The notes under the pieces were generated by a model that saw only the letters and a list, made by a program, of their open reading frames with translations, had not been told where the DNA came from and did not search any database. Made by a program: the position numbers and the translations under genes. Positions 26,071 through 39,278 of a DNA stretch of 64,000 nt are shown in pieces. This DNA comes from Okamejei kenojei. Lineage: Eukaryota. Where the stretch lies: the NCBI GenBank assembly GCA_035221665.1, contig CM069145.1:25668001-25732000 (forward strand), read 5' to 3'. How positions within the stretch are numbered: the first letter of the stretch is position 1; every line of letters begins with the position of its first letter.

Positions 26071-27833
26071 GTAGGTACTTTGTCCTTGGTTGTGGTATTG
26101 AATTAAATTGAATTGAATTGAATACTTTATTGTCACATGTGACAAGTCACAGTGAAGAATGAACTGCAGATGCTGGAAAAATCGAAGGTAGACAAAAATG
26201 GTGGAGAAACTCAGCGGGTGAGGCAGCATCTATGGAGCGAAGGAATAGGTGACGTTTCGGGTCGAGACCCTTCTTCGGATGCAAATAGTCGCCAAATTAG
26301 GAGATTATCTTTTTGATGTTTTATTGATCTGCAATTGTACAATTTCTGAAGTATAGTTATGTTATCACCTTTGACTGAAGGAAAGTATGAAATTAAAAAT
26401 GGAACCAGTGATGGCAAATACATGGACATGACCTGTAATTTGTATTTCCAGAATAACATTGATCATTAACAAAATCTGTTAAATTACATGGCTATAGGAA
26501 TTGTAATGCAATAAATCTCTTTTCCATCGCTCTTGAATATGATTTGCAAGGCAATTCATTTTCATTTAATCCCAGGAACCTTTCCTATGATCAACCAAAA
26601 TCTGTATGAGATGTGATATGCCTTGATTAAAGATAGAAGGTTGCTGATTTTTTAATTTCAGTGGATGTAACTTAAAGCTGCTTGACAACACTGGTAATAT
26701 AAAGCTGCTGGGAATACAACACTGGTAATATAATATAATATTTATTGATTCAATCACTGACTTCACAGATGTGCTTGGATGAGAGCTAGTAAAATTTACA
26801 CTCCCCTTCATGCCATTTTGTGCTTAAGGTAGGATTGGGAACCATTATAGAAGGAGAATAACAATGGCCCTTAGTGTGTGTATTGACAAATTTGAGAATA
26901 TTTAACGTTGATGCTGACAAAAGTTGAAGCAAGCCACTTCTTCACACTGACAGCTCACACTTTATATGTACAAAAATGAACATGTAGTTACAAAATCAAA
27001 CTGTTTTATAAGGCCAGACAGATGGTTCTAAGATTCTATTGTTTCAAATAATACATTAAGATTGGGAATGGAAGGTGATCTGTTTTATTATACCATTTAT
27101 TTCTGGATTTAGTCATCAGGATTTGAAATTATTTCTGAAATAATTCCAAAATGCACTTTTACCCTCCCTCCCAGTAGCCCAGGTTATGAGTTAATACTAA
27201 CAAACTTTATGACATTAATTTGCATTTTACTGGTCCTATCCTCATCCTTGTGTGCTATTCCTGAATCAACCTGCATTTCTGCAACTTAAAGACAGACACA
27301 AAATGCTGGAGTAACGCAGCAGGACAAGAAGGGTCTCGACCCAAAACATTACCCGTTCCTTCTCTCCAGAGATGCTGCCTGTCTCTGTTACTCCAGCATT
27401 TTGTGTCTATCTTCAGCATCAACTTAAGTTGCTTATAGTCATTCGCTGGCCATTACCCTGATACATGTCACAACTTTCCATCTGTGAGTTATCTGAATTA
27501 CATAGGTAGCAATTGCTCAAAAATGCATCACCCCTTTTTATTTTCCCAATATTAAACACCAGTTATTATGCTATAAGTTAAAATTCCAAATGTTTATTTG
27601 GCTATTCCAACTTTGCATTTGGATGCTTGAAGATGTCTTTAAAATAATCTGTCTCGATATTGGGGTTTGCACTCAGTTGATGTGCTAAGTGTGTGTTTGT
27701 GGAGGAAGTGACTGGATCAATAAGTATCATGTTACCAGTGTTGTATTCACATTGGGATTTGATACTCCAGCTGTGAATGGCGGGTCCGATGGGGAGTGCC
27801 CTTCTTCTCGCCAGCCAAACATAGCCTGGTGCG

Positions 27834-27910
27834 ACCCGAAACGTCGCCTATCTCCTTCGCTCCTTAGATGCTGCTGCACCCGCTGAGTTTCTCCAGCATT
27901 TTGTGTAACC
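27834..27910 (+). mobile_element. Very short Penelope-derived insert with 14-bp duplication
   Basis: CATAGCCTGGTGCG at 27820-27833 and 27911-27924; the insert begins inside stem II of the hammerhead motif. Confidence 0.8.
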
Positions 27911-29371
27911 CATAGCCTGGTGCGTATGAGTTCTGTTTTCTCTGGATCATCAGAGGTTGAGGGGAGACTTGAGGGAAGTACATAAAATTATGATATGCAT
28001 AGTTAGGGTGGACGGTCAGAACCTTTTCCAAGGGTGGAAATGTCAAAGACCAGAGAGCATAGCTTTAAGGGGAGAGGGGCAGCATTTAAAGGAGACGTGT
28101 GGGGAAAGCTTTTTACACCAAGAGTGGTGAGTGCCTGGAAAATGCTGCCAGGCAGATACAATAGTGGCATTTAAGGGGCGTTTAAATAGACACAAAGACA
28201 GGCAGCGAATGGAGGAATGTGGATCACACGCTGGCAGAGGAGATCAATTTAATAGAGTCATAGAGTGATATAGTGTGGAAACAGGCCCTTTGGCACAACC
28301 TGCCCACACCGGCCAACAATGTCCCAGCTACACTTGTCCCACTTTCCTGCGCTTTGTCCATATCTCTCCAAACCTGTCCTATCCATGTACCTGTCTTACT
28401 GTTTCTTAAATGATGGGATAGCCCCAGCCTCAACTACCTCCTCAGGCAGCTTGTTCCATAAAGCCACCATCCTTTATGTGAAAAAGTTACCCCAAATTTG
28501 GCATCATATTCAACATGGACATTGTGAGACATGGACATGGACATGGACATTGTGGGCCACAGGGCCTGATCTTGCGTTGTATTGTTCTGATAAGGCATTC
28601 TGCCAAATATATTTGACAGTCTGCTCAGGTACACGCATGCACTAAAATGGCATGTCAGCAATTCCAGCTCAGATTTCTATTCATAGGTTGTAGCTACCAA
28701 GTTGGTGTTATGCTGAATACTGGGAAGTGCTTAACAAATTCACTTCTGGTAAGACATTGAACAGTCACAGAGAGCATAGTGATACAGGTGAACGGACACA
28801 TGTTCTTCAATGTGTCAGGCCTTTGCATCCCGTTGTGTGTGATGTGAATGGTCACAGCACAGAAACAGGCCCTTCAGCCCACCACACCCATGCAGACCTT
28901 TTTGCTCATCTATATTAATCCTATTTGTCTGCATTAGGTGTATGTCCTTCTATACTGTGCCTATTCGTACCTGTCGCAATGTCTCTTGAACATAGTGATT
29001 GTATTTTATTCCATCCAACAGCACATTCCAGTTGTCAACTACTCTCTGTGTCCCTCCACATCTCCTTTCCAATTATTTCCTCAAACTTCAAACCAACGTT
29101 TTTGACTATCTGCCCTGTTCACGCCTTTCGTAATTTTATATCACTGCTCAGCCTCCTTCACGCCAGAGAAAACAAGCCCAGTTTATCCAATCTCTCACCA
29201 CAACTGAAATCCTCTTGTCCAAGTAGCATCTGGGTGAATTTCCTCTGCCCTCTCTCCTGAACAATCACAACCTTTCTGCAGTGTGGTGACCACAATTACA
29301 CACAAAAAAATCCAGGTGTGGTCCAACCAAGTTGCAACGTAACTTCTCAACCTTTACATTTCTGTGCATGT

Positions 29372-29399
29372 CTGAAGAAGGGTCTCAACCCGAAACGTC
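29372..29399 (+). ncRNA. Minimal hammerhead motif, sense strand of an RGS10 intron
   Basis: CTGAAGA-A-GGGT-CTCA-ACCC-GAAA-CGTC; core intact, with only a loop substitution. Confidence 0.65.
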
Positions 29400-30196
29400 G
29401 CCCATTCCTTCTCTCCAGAGATGCTGCCTCACCCTCTGAGTTACTTCAGCATTCTGTGTCCACTTTCCAAATGGTTACTCATCAACTAAGGAGCAAGCAT
29501 TAGCTTTGGCTAATGTAAGAAAATGTATTTCAAGTACATTCAGCAGATAAAAACTCTGCATATTTATGAATATCCATATTCTCACACAATTTTTTTCCCA
29601 GGGTGTTTCCTTCCACAAAATTCACCTAGCAATTCTAACGTAATTGTTGGGTACCATTGGTTCAAGAACTAGGGAATCTCATAAGGACACAAAGTGCTGG
29701 AGTAACTCAACAGGTCAGGCAGCATCACTGGAGAAAATGGATAGGTGACCTTTAAGGTAGGGATCCTTCATCGGACTGATCATAAAGCACATGGCAGACT
29801 TGCTTTCATAAGTCAGTCTGAAGAAGGGTCCCAACCCAAAACGTCACCTATTCATATTCTCCAGAGATGCTGCTTAACCTGCTGAGTTATTCTGACACTA
29901 AGAAAACTCATGAAGTTTATATATTTCAGTGGTTTCAGATTGGGTTATTGGATTTGATGTACTGACATATATTTGATAAGCTTATACACAACTAAAACAA
30001 AAGGACGCGTGCTATGTTGCAATTGTCATACAAATCCTATCAAGCACTAACACAGCTAATATTAAAAATGATTAGAATTCAATACAATTTAAATTTAAAA
30101 CAATCAATTTAATTCCAACCTGATATAAGATTTATAATTTAGTTAATGTGTAATATTTATTAATGATTTGTTCAAATTCTCTTCTTTTGAATGAAG

Positions 30197-30340
30197 CTTC
30201 ATGGCAAGGCACAGCAGATATACAAGACCTACCTGTGCAGTAAGGCAGCAACGCAGGTGAATGTGGAGGGACAGTCTCGTCTCACTGAGAACATGCTTGC
30301 CCATCCACATCCCTTCATGTTTCAGAAACTGCAAGAGCAG
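30197..30340 (+). CDS. RGS10: RGS10 coding exon (exon 4 equivalent), 144 nt
   Basis: Acceptor ctcttcttttgaatgaAG, donor CAG|GTaacc. Translates LHGKAQQIYKTYLCSKAATQVNVEGQSRLTENMLAHPHPFMFQKLQEQ; QVNVEGQSRL is RGS10-like. Lies within track ORF 30191..30430. Confidence 0.95.
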
Positions 30341-33297
30341 GTAACCCATTATGTTGATATTTCTGCATGGCTGAAAAGATATATTTTGGAGAGCAATGTA
30401 CTCAGACATTTTGTTTCAGAAATGCGTTAGAAATAAAGATTTGAATGCTTGCTACCTTGGATAGCTAATGTTGCCGAGAATTTGCAGATCAGAATTGAGC
30501 CATTCAGGTCAATTTGTCACTTGAAGTGGATCACTCAAGCAGCAAAGTAAACATTTCTAAATTTGATAAATGTCAATAAATAGCAGTTAGAATTACTGCA
30601 AAGGTAATTTGTCAGTTGCATGTCTCACTGGATGTCAGTTGTAACTCATGCAGGGTTCCAAACTAACCCTTTCCATCTCACAAGTAAGTCTTATTCTCAA
30701 ACCTCGTTTTATCACGTTTTTTTGTGGAAATATTTTTTTTCATTGCCCCGTGTTCAGCATTCTGAATAAATCTTAGTTCCTCTTGTGTGTGGGCTCTGCC
30801 GAATGATGCTTTGACAGAGTAGAAATCTTGTTTAGTTACAAGGATAGCACAGCAATCATTATTGGCATCAAAGTGTTTCATCCAAATGTTCCATTTTAAT
30901 CAGTTGCTCCTATTTAGCAAATGTTAGGGATTGCATTAGTTCCTGCCAGTAACCCTTTATTCTGTGTATATTGGTGCATCTTTTTGAATGTGCTGGATGC
31001 TCAGCAAATTGTTTGCTAGCCCCATATTAAAGTTTATCTTTGGGATTTGGGATAGGTTGTTGGAAACTAATCTAGACACGGTTCTGTTATTTCAAATAGA
31101 CTGTCTGAGCTTTTTCCAAAATAACTTTCGAAGAATTATGGGAATGAAAACAATATCAATAGATCCTGCAAACCAATTACTTATCTAAGTTTTCAACTTT
31201 ACATTACATCAGTCAGTCTGAAAAAGGGTCTCGACCCAAAAAAGTCACCTGAGTTTAGTTTATTGTCACGTGTACCGAGGTACAGTTAAAAGCTTTTGTC
31301 ACGTGCTAACCAGTCAGCGAATGACAACACATGATTACAACGAGCCATCCACAGTTTACAGATACACGATAAAGGGAATAATGTGAATAAAGTCTAGTGC
31401 AAGATAACACCAGTGAGGTCCGATCAAAGATAGTCCGAGGGTTCCCAATGAGGTAGATAGTAGTTCAGGACTGCTCTCTAGTTGTTGGTAGGATGGTTCA
31501 GTTGCCTGATAATAGCTGGGAAGAAACTGTCCCCGAAGATTATCTATCCATTATTTATCCATTTATACCTATCTGTGTTTTCAGGTTTGTTGCCTGACCC
31601 ACTGAGTTACTCCAGCACTTGTATCTGTTTTTACATTACATCATATGATTGACATCCATAGAGTTTATAGTACATGGATATGGGCTTTCAGCCAAACTCA
31701 TTCATACTGACCAAGTTGCTTTTCAGAGATAGTCACAACTTGCCTGTGCCTGGCCCATACTCCTCCAAACTTGTCCTATACATGCAACTGTCTGGATGGT
31801 CTTTGAAATGTCATAATTGTACCTGCCTCTATCACTTCCTCTGGCAGCTCATCCCATATATGCACCATTCCCTGTGTGAATTTACATTTTAAGATTCAAA
31901 TTTGTTCTTCTGAAATATAATTTATTTTCCTTGCTATCTGTTAACTCTGTCAGTATTGGTTTTGATCATTTTTGTTTCAGTTAGCATTTTAAACATAACA
32001 TGGATTTCAATGTTCGCATTTTAGATCTAAATTTACTGCAAGTATATGATGTGTTTTTTATATATGCGTCTAAATTTTGTTCCCATGCATTATATATATA
32101 TTTCTAAAGATATGATTTGATGATTTGTAGAATTATGCACATTTTACATTCACTTCTCTTTTGCTTTGCGTACTGCTGACAAATCCATATATCTTGATTC
32201 CATGCAAACAGCGCAATAACTTTGTTGAATGTCCACGCCTGCTCTTGTAGCTTTGATTCTGTAAAGTTTTATATTTCTCAGTGAGCACCTCCAAAATGAG
32301 GTTAAAAAATGGATGCATATATTCTTGTAATTCCATTTTACTTTATGATTTTGTGAATGCAAACATTTTCCTTGCTATGGGATTGTAGGAGGCTAAAAAA
32401 CAAGCAAAGAAGAAAGGCTGGAATACTCAGCATGCCAGGCAGCATTTGTGGAGAGAGAGAGAAAATAAACCTGAAATAACATTTTAGGTCATTAGGGATC
32501 AACCTGTTTACTCTATTTCTTGTTTTTTTTCTCCTCTTCCCACAGATGCTGATTGACTGGATGAGTATTTTCTAGCATTTTTCTGTTTATCATTTGATTT
32601 CCAGCATTTGCAATTGTTTAGTGCGTTTTAATCTGCTAAATACATTAATCTACTAAAAGCCATATTAAAGTGCTTATTTAATAGGTTTCCAAATCGCCAC
32701 TGGATCTCATCAAGTACTTGAGGAGTAGGATGCAGATTTGGTTTGTCTGCTTTCCTCCTGAGCTCTCTAAGAGGTAGTATCCTTCATTCCCAGTCTGGTT
32801 TAGAGGCATTCCGTTTAAGAGACCAATGTGGGAAATTCAATTGATGCCCCATCTCAATTTTGCTGATAAGAATCAAGAACATTTTTGTGCATTTATTGGC
32901 CACCTATTCACTTAGTAGCAGTCTGAACAGGCTTGTCTATTTCTTCAGTCATGGTTCAATGGTGCTTTATTGTCACATGTGTGAAGTACAACCACACAGT
33001 GAAATGCTTTTCTTACAAACAATGCAGTGGAGTATCGCCATAGTAACCCTGAGTAGCAGTTGTACAGAGATAGCCATGTTTGCCGCCATTTTCCAAGTCC
33101 AGACCACGCTCCAGTTGTTAAGATTCAGGCAAGCCGGAGACTGCTGCGTGCCTCCGACTATCACCTTCCTTTGGTCAACTGATGTCCTCTCCCTGCCCGT
33201 CCACCTTTGTTCCCCAAAGCGAGCCCCCTGCTGCCATCCTTGACTGCCATACCCCGGTTCTCTCTCCTCCACCGCTGGCCTCTCTCTTCTCCGTCAT

Positions 33298-34075
33298 CAT
33301 AGAAACATAGAAACATAGAAATTAGGTGCAGGAGTAGGCCATTCAGCCCTTCGAGCCTGCACCGCCATTCAATATGATCATGGCTGATCATCCAACTCAG
33401 TATCCCGTACCTGCCTTCTCTCCATACCCTCTGATCCCCTTAGCCACAAGGGCCACATCCAACTCACTCTTAAATATAGCCAATGAACTGGCCTCAACTA
33501 CCCTCTGTGGCAGAGAGTTCCAGAGACTCACCACTCTCTGTGTGAAAAAAGTCTTTCTCATCTCGGTCTTAAAGGATTTCCCCCTTATCCTTAAGCTGTG
33601 ACTCCTTGTCCTGGACTTCCCCCAACATCGGGAACAATCTTCCTGCATCTAGCCTGTCCAACCCCTTAAGAATTTTGTAAGTTTCTACAAGATCCCCTCT
33701 CAATCTCCTAAATTCCAGAGAGTATAAACCGAGTCTATCCAGTCTTTCTTCATAAGACAGTCCTGACATCCCAGGAATCAGTCTGGTGAACCTTCTCTGC
33801 ACTCCCTCTATGGCAATAATGTCCTTCCTCAGATTTGGAGACCAAAACTGTACGCAATACTCCAGGTGTGGTCTCACCAAGACCCTGTACAACTGAAGTA
33901 GAACCTCCCTGCTCCTGTACTCAAATCCTTTTGCTATGAAAGCTAACATACCATTTGCTTTCTTCACTGCCTGCTGCACCTGCATGCCTACTTTCAATGA
34001 CTGGTGTACCATGACACCCAGGTCTCGCTGCATCTCCCCTTTTCCTAATCGGCCACCATTTAAATAATAGTCTGA
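33298..34075 (-). mobile_element. CR1-clade LINE 3' fragment, relatively young
   Basis: ORF 33569..34033 (RDLGV...LVRPHLEYCVQFWSP...RRLRGDL) is a CR1 ORF2 C-terminus; (CATAGAAA)3 tail on the + strand. Confidence 0.92.
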
Positions 34076-35744
34076 TGAATAATCGTCGCCGACTCTATCC
34101 TCCCAGTCTCTGGTCTTCAGGGGATGAGCAGCGGCGGTTCATGAAATGAAGTGTAGCACATGAGGAGCCATGGTGATGAGACAAAAAAAAAATCATTATT
34201 TAACTAAGACCAAAAAAACCCCAGAGTTATCATGATTCAAAATAGCGTCCCGAGGGCACCAATAAAATTGAACTCATTGACTTGCAATATTCCACGTGCA
34301 TTCAGAAGATCAGGTCTAGTCTTAAATCCTTGGAAACTATTTTAACTACTAGCCTCTATTTAATTCATTATCACAGGGTTTAGTGTTGAAGGCTTCTCTC
34401 TATAATGTACAATATGACCTTTTTGAACAAGGATCTGATAGATTATTTAGACATCAGAATTGAAATAATTTAAACCATAAAATCATGTTATAGCTTCCTT
34501 AAAATACATTTATTCGGTATACAAATTCTTTCAATGGTTCTTTGTCCTTTTAATACCATCCTTTCATCAGTACTGATACGAGACAACTGTTGAAATACTT
34601 GGCATTTCTTACATTAAAAGATGAAAACATATTGAGAACAAAAGATCTGGTTTCAGTTTGTAGCATTTTGGATCGTAAGGCTATACTCTGAGATAAATTT
34701 AAACTTAAATAAAAATAAATTAAAGACAGAAAACTCACTGCATAGATTCTTTTTTGAAAATACGTCTTCTATTGCAAGGGGATTGGAGTTTAAAAATAGG
34801 GAGGCTTTGTTAAATGCTACAGTGCTGATGAGTTTTATGGTCAGTTTAGAGTTCTATGGCTAGTTTTGATTCCCTGACTGATAAAACATAGAAACATGGA
34901 AACATAGAAAAATAGGTGTAGCAGTCGACTATTCAGCCCTTTCGAGCCAGCACTGCCATTCAATATGATCACGTCTGATCATCTAAAATCAGTACCTCGC
35001 TCTTGCTTTTTCCCCATATCCCTTGATTACTTTAGCCCTAAGAGCTAAATGTAACTCACTCTTGAGATTTGAAAACAACTTGATAACATTGGAGGCAGAT
35101 AAACTGAATTTACCACGCAATTTTCCTGGTTTGAGAGTGGCTAAATAGTCTGAATCAGCATCCTTTGCATGTTTAAAGAATGCAAGGAGACCTTATTGAT
35201 ACACAGAAGATCGTGAAGGGACTTTGTAAGGGTGATATTTAAATGTTTTCATTGTGGGAGAGTCTCAAACCGGGGGACATAGTGACAAGATAGGGGGTTC
35301 ATCAATTATTACTATGATAGGGCATTAAAGATATAGAGGTTTTCATTTTTACGAAGGGTGCATCATTTTGGGAAAGCTCCACATCAGAGAGTAGTAGAAT
35401 CCAGATCATTCAAAGTATTTAACTAGGAAGTAGATAAATTGGTTTAAAGATTGCGGAAATGAAGGCCGTGGAGAACAGGAACGAACACTGAGCTGAGGCC
35501 AGTCTAGGTTTGTTGCGAATGGCAGAGCAGACTTGAGGGTTCAGGTAGCCTCTACCTGCTCCTATTAACTAGTGTCCAAGTGGAGCCTACATCGCTCAAT
35601 GGAGTCGTACATCATTGTGCAAGCACAACCCCATGGTTGCTGTCCTTCTGAAGCAGAGTTCATTCTACATGGATCTTTTTGAAATTCCTAATTACAGGAA
35701 TAATAACTTATTGATTGCTTGCCGTTAATATTACCCTTACCCCT

Positions 35745-36050
35745 GTCAGAAGATTGTAAGTTCACATCCCCACCAGAGGTGTGAGCATATATTAAATTCA
35801 TCCCCCATCACAAAACCGAGGGCATTCTTCACTAATGTTTGTGCTGCCTTTTCGATGAGATATTAATCGGAAACCTCTGCTCTCTCAGATGGATTACAGT
35901 TTCGCAACCATAACCGAATTGTTCCCTGGTGTGCTGGCTAATATTTATTCCTCTATTAACCTTATGAGAAAAACAGATCATCTGGCCCTTCTTGCATTGT
36001 TATCTGCAGGACCTCACTGTGCATTAATTGATTCCTGCATTCCTAGCATT
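35745..36050 (+). mobile_element. Old Deu-domain SINE (SacSINE1/AmnSINE-like); further decayed copies at ~14440-14720 and split at 18690-18840 / 19700-19925
   Basis: gtgctgccttttcgatgagatattaa...ctctcagatgga...cctggtgtgctggctaatatttattcctc...aaaacagatcatctgg matches the Deu-domain consensus as I recall it. Confidence 0.6.
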
Positions 36051-37470
36051 TATCAGTTTCGATACATATATTAAAATTTGCTCTGCTGCAAGTTAGTTTG
36101 AGATAGATACTCATTAAACACAGCATATACATTATATCTAAGCTGCTTTTTTAAGCCATACACTGTTTTTATATGTTATGCATCCAAAACTGCTAAATAT
36201 AAACATGGCAATGTAACTGGAGACAAAGCCGCGGGCAGACGTGTGTTGGAACTTAAAACATATTAATTATTACTTTGCAAATACCTGAATCATGATTTTC
36301 AGTCAGCTTCACCACTGCTGCAGAATGGTCAGACCCTGAAATTATTAGGGTTTCTTGTTTTTTTTTAATTGATCTGAACACCAAGTAAACAACCCTACTT
36401 GTAAAATAGTTTTATTGTATCGATTTAACTATTGTGCTGACAGAACTTCGCAACCGTGCAAAATTTAGCTTTTAGAATGCAGCACGTGACTTTGAAAATG
36501 TCCATTTGGCCGCTGACATTTGTCTGTGAATGTGGTCTGGTGGGTGTGAAGGGAGAAATAAAACTGTTAACACCAAGAGTGGAAGTGGAGCAAAAGCCCA
36601 TTACTGTGCATTATTACATGAAAAAGAAAATGATTATATTTTAACCCAAGATTTTCGCCTTTGATTTACTCCAGTCACCCTGGGCCGCGGGTAATAATCG
36701 GGCTACAGTTGGGTTCTGTACCTTTCTTTAATCATGGACAATCACAGTAGCAAGAAACGGAACAATCTGTCTCCACGTGTGCTCCAGAGGATTTTTTGGC
36801 GCTACTCAAAATGAGTCCCCACTACAGCAATTGGCAGTAAGAAACAAAATTAATGTGGGGCGACCAAAATTAATGACAAACCAAAATGCCACACAATAAT
36901 AATAACAATACCATTACGGTTAGATAATAATAACTATACCAATAAAATATTGTGTAGTATTACTATAAATCTTACAAAAATAAATGCTATATAACAAACT
37001 AAGATTACAATATTATCATCATGGTCTGACGGCTTTGCTCCAGAGTGTGTGGCAGGCAGATGTGAACAGTCCTGTATATCTTTAACCAAGGAGCTAGCAG
37101 ACTTTGTAATAGAAAATGTATGGGATATTGTGGATTATTTTCAGTGCTATCTTCATTTCCCGTCAAGCTGCAGAGTAGGCTGTCTTCAACTCCCATGTGT
37201 GTTTGAGTAAACTACCAGAAACAAAATTAAGCCCGACCTGTACGACACCATGTAAAATATGTGGCAGGGGACCCACATATGAATTCCTTTAACATCATGG
37301 TAAGAAAAAGGAAATCAAGCACAAAAAAACTTGCACATGCTGGGAATCTGAAATAAAAGCAGAAAATCCTAAAAAACAGTGAGCGTGTCAGGCAGCAACT
37401 GTGGAAAGAGAAATGATTAATACAGTACTTCATTTCCAGAACTCTTTATTGGGATATGTCAGAGACAAAA

Positions 37471-37869
37471 GGGCCTGTCCCACTTAGGCGATTTTTTAGG
37501 CGATTGCCGGCACTAGGCTGTCGCCACACGGTCGCCGGGGTGTCACCAGTATTGTTGCGAGTAGTCTCCTCAGTTGCCCAAGGAGTCGTAGCGTTTGTCT
37601 GGTCGCCGCTGGATTTTGAAATGTTCAAAACCTTTCAGCGACAGTCAGCGACCGTGGGCTTATCGTAGCTTGTCTTCTGACATAGGTGCTGTCGTAGGTT
37701 GTCGCCGCTGCTGATTTAGGTGATTCCATTGTCGTAGTCGCCAGCAGTCACCTATAAAATTGCCTAAGTGGGACAGGCCCATTAGTCCAGTCACCGGTTT
37801 TTCAGCTACCTGCTATGACTATGACAGTCGCCGGCAGTTGCCTAAAAAATCGCCTAGTGGGACAGGCCC
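37471..37869. mobile_element. MITE of the same Harbinger-like family with a duplicated right end
   Basis: Left TIR gggcctgtcccacttaggcg; two right TIRs ending at 37780 and 37869. Confidence 0.8.
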
Positions 37870-38159
37870 TAAGGGATCATCCTAAAACACTAAATGTTTC
37901 TCTTTCCATTTGATCTACTGAGTGTTTTCCGCATTTTCTATTTATATTTAAGTGAATCCCGAGTCATGAACCAGCTTCATTATGGAGATTGCAGTTCCAA
38001 TGCACAAATCATATTGTATGAGCCCACAAAAGCTATCACTTTGATTTAGTGATATTGTGGAGACCAATAGGCAATGCATCTTTTTGACTTAAAAAAAAAG
38101 AATCAATTTGCCAACATTAATATGAAAATTGAACAAAGCAAAATAAATCCAAACGAATA

Positions 38160-38372
38160 TGTGTAGGAAGGATGTGCAGATGCCTGTTTAAACCGAAAAT
38201 AGATACAAAAGGCTGGAGTAACTCAGCGGGGCAGGCAGCTCCGCTGGAGAGAACGAATGGGTGACGTCTCGGGTCGAACCCTGTCTGAAGAAGGGTCTTG
38301 ACCCGAAACGTCACCCATTCCTCTCCAGATATGTTGCCTGTCCTGCTGAGTTACTCCAGCTTTTTGTGTCTA
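38160..38372. mobile_element. Inverted (fold-back) pair of Penelope-derived terminal repeats
   Basis: Left arm ...ggctggagtaactcagc...gggtgacgtctcgggtcg is the reverse complement of right arm gacccgaaacgtcaccc...gctgagttactccagc. Confidence 0.8.
38285..38312 (+). ncRNA. Minimal hammerhead motif, sense strand of the last RGS10 intron
   Basis: CTGAAGA-A-GGGT-CTTG-ACCC-GAAA-CGTC in the right arm of the fold-back element 38160-38372. Confidence 0.65.
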
Positions 38373-39128
38373 AATCCCAAAGGATTCAGGTCCTGAACAT
38401 GCTGGGATGGTGCATAAGCTTTGAGTCTTTGCATTACACCTTTCTGCTTTGGCTATTCTGGAACAAAATCACTAAGTGGATGTTCATGTTTTGCTTTTTT
38501 TACCATGATTATTTAAGATCTACATTTCTAAATTTGAGAAAGAAAAAGTAATATATGATCATTCTCCTGTAGTTTGCCTTTGTTTATGGTATTAATAAAG
38601 GAATCATTGTGTTAATTTGTCCCTTGCTTTCTGCTTATCCAGAAAATTGTTTGAATATATTCACTTTTATTTGTTATCTATCCACATTAGTCCAGTGTTG
38701 AGGGTGTTAGAAGCACATATGATGTGAAATTTTAACAGTTGATTTAGAAGTAACCAATGTTTGGTGTTATTATCAGGAGGGTTTGAGAACAACTGTTACT
38801 TTCTCATTTAGATTGAGTTTATAAACAGCTCTGGCCTTAACAATATAATTTCTAGTTTAACTCAGTCGGTCAGGCAGCATCTTTGGAGAAAATGGGTAAG
38901 AGACATCATCCATCCATTTTCTCCAGAGATGATGCCTGAGCTGCTGAGTTGCCCCAGCATTTTGTGTCTCTCTTTGGTATAAACCAGCATCTGCAGCTCA
39001 TTTTTCTTATATTATTAATTTCAAGTTTATATAGCTTTCATTTTAGTGAGACAAAAACTCCATAGGTGAGAGAGAGATGGCCTGTTTGTGATCACATTGT
39101 TTGATGGGCTGTATGTTTTATCGTTTAG

Positions 39129-39278
39129 ATATTCACTCTCATGAAGTACGACAGTTACAATCGTTTCCTGAAATCTGATGTATGCCAACAAATCAAGCAG
39201 CTGGAAGAAAGAGCAAAGAAGTCTCCAGAGACAGACGAATCTGTCCCAAAAAGGGCATCCAGGATCTATAATCGATAG
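39129..39278 (+). CDS. RGS10: RGS10 last coding exon to TAG stop
   Basis: Acceptor gttttatcgtttAG. Translates IFTLMKYDSYNRFLKSDVCQQIKQLEERAKKSPETDESVPKRASRIYNR*, with the MKYDSYxRFLKS RGS-box end and the RGS10 C-terminal KRASRIYN. Confidence 0.96.
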   Translation: MFTLMKYDSYNRFLKSDVCQQIKQLEERAKKSPETDESVPKRASRIYNR

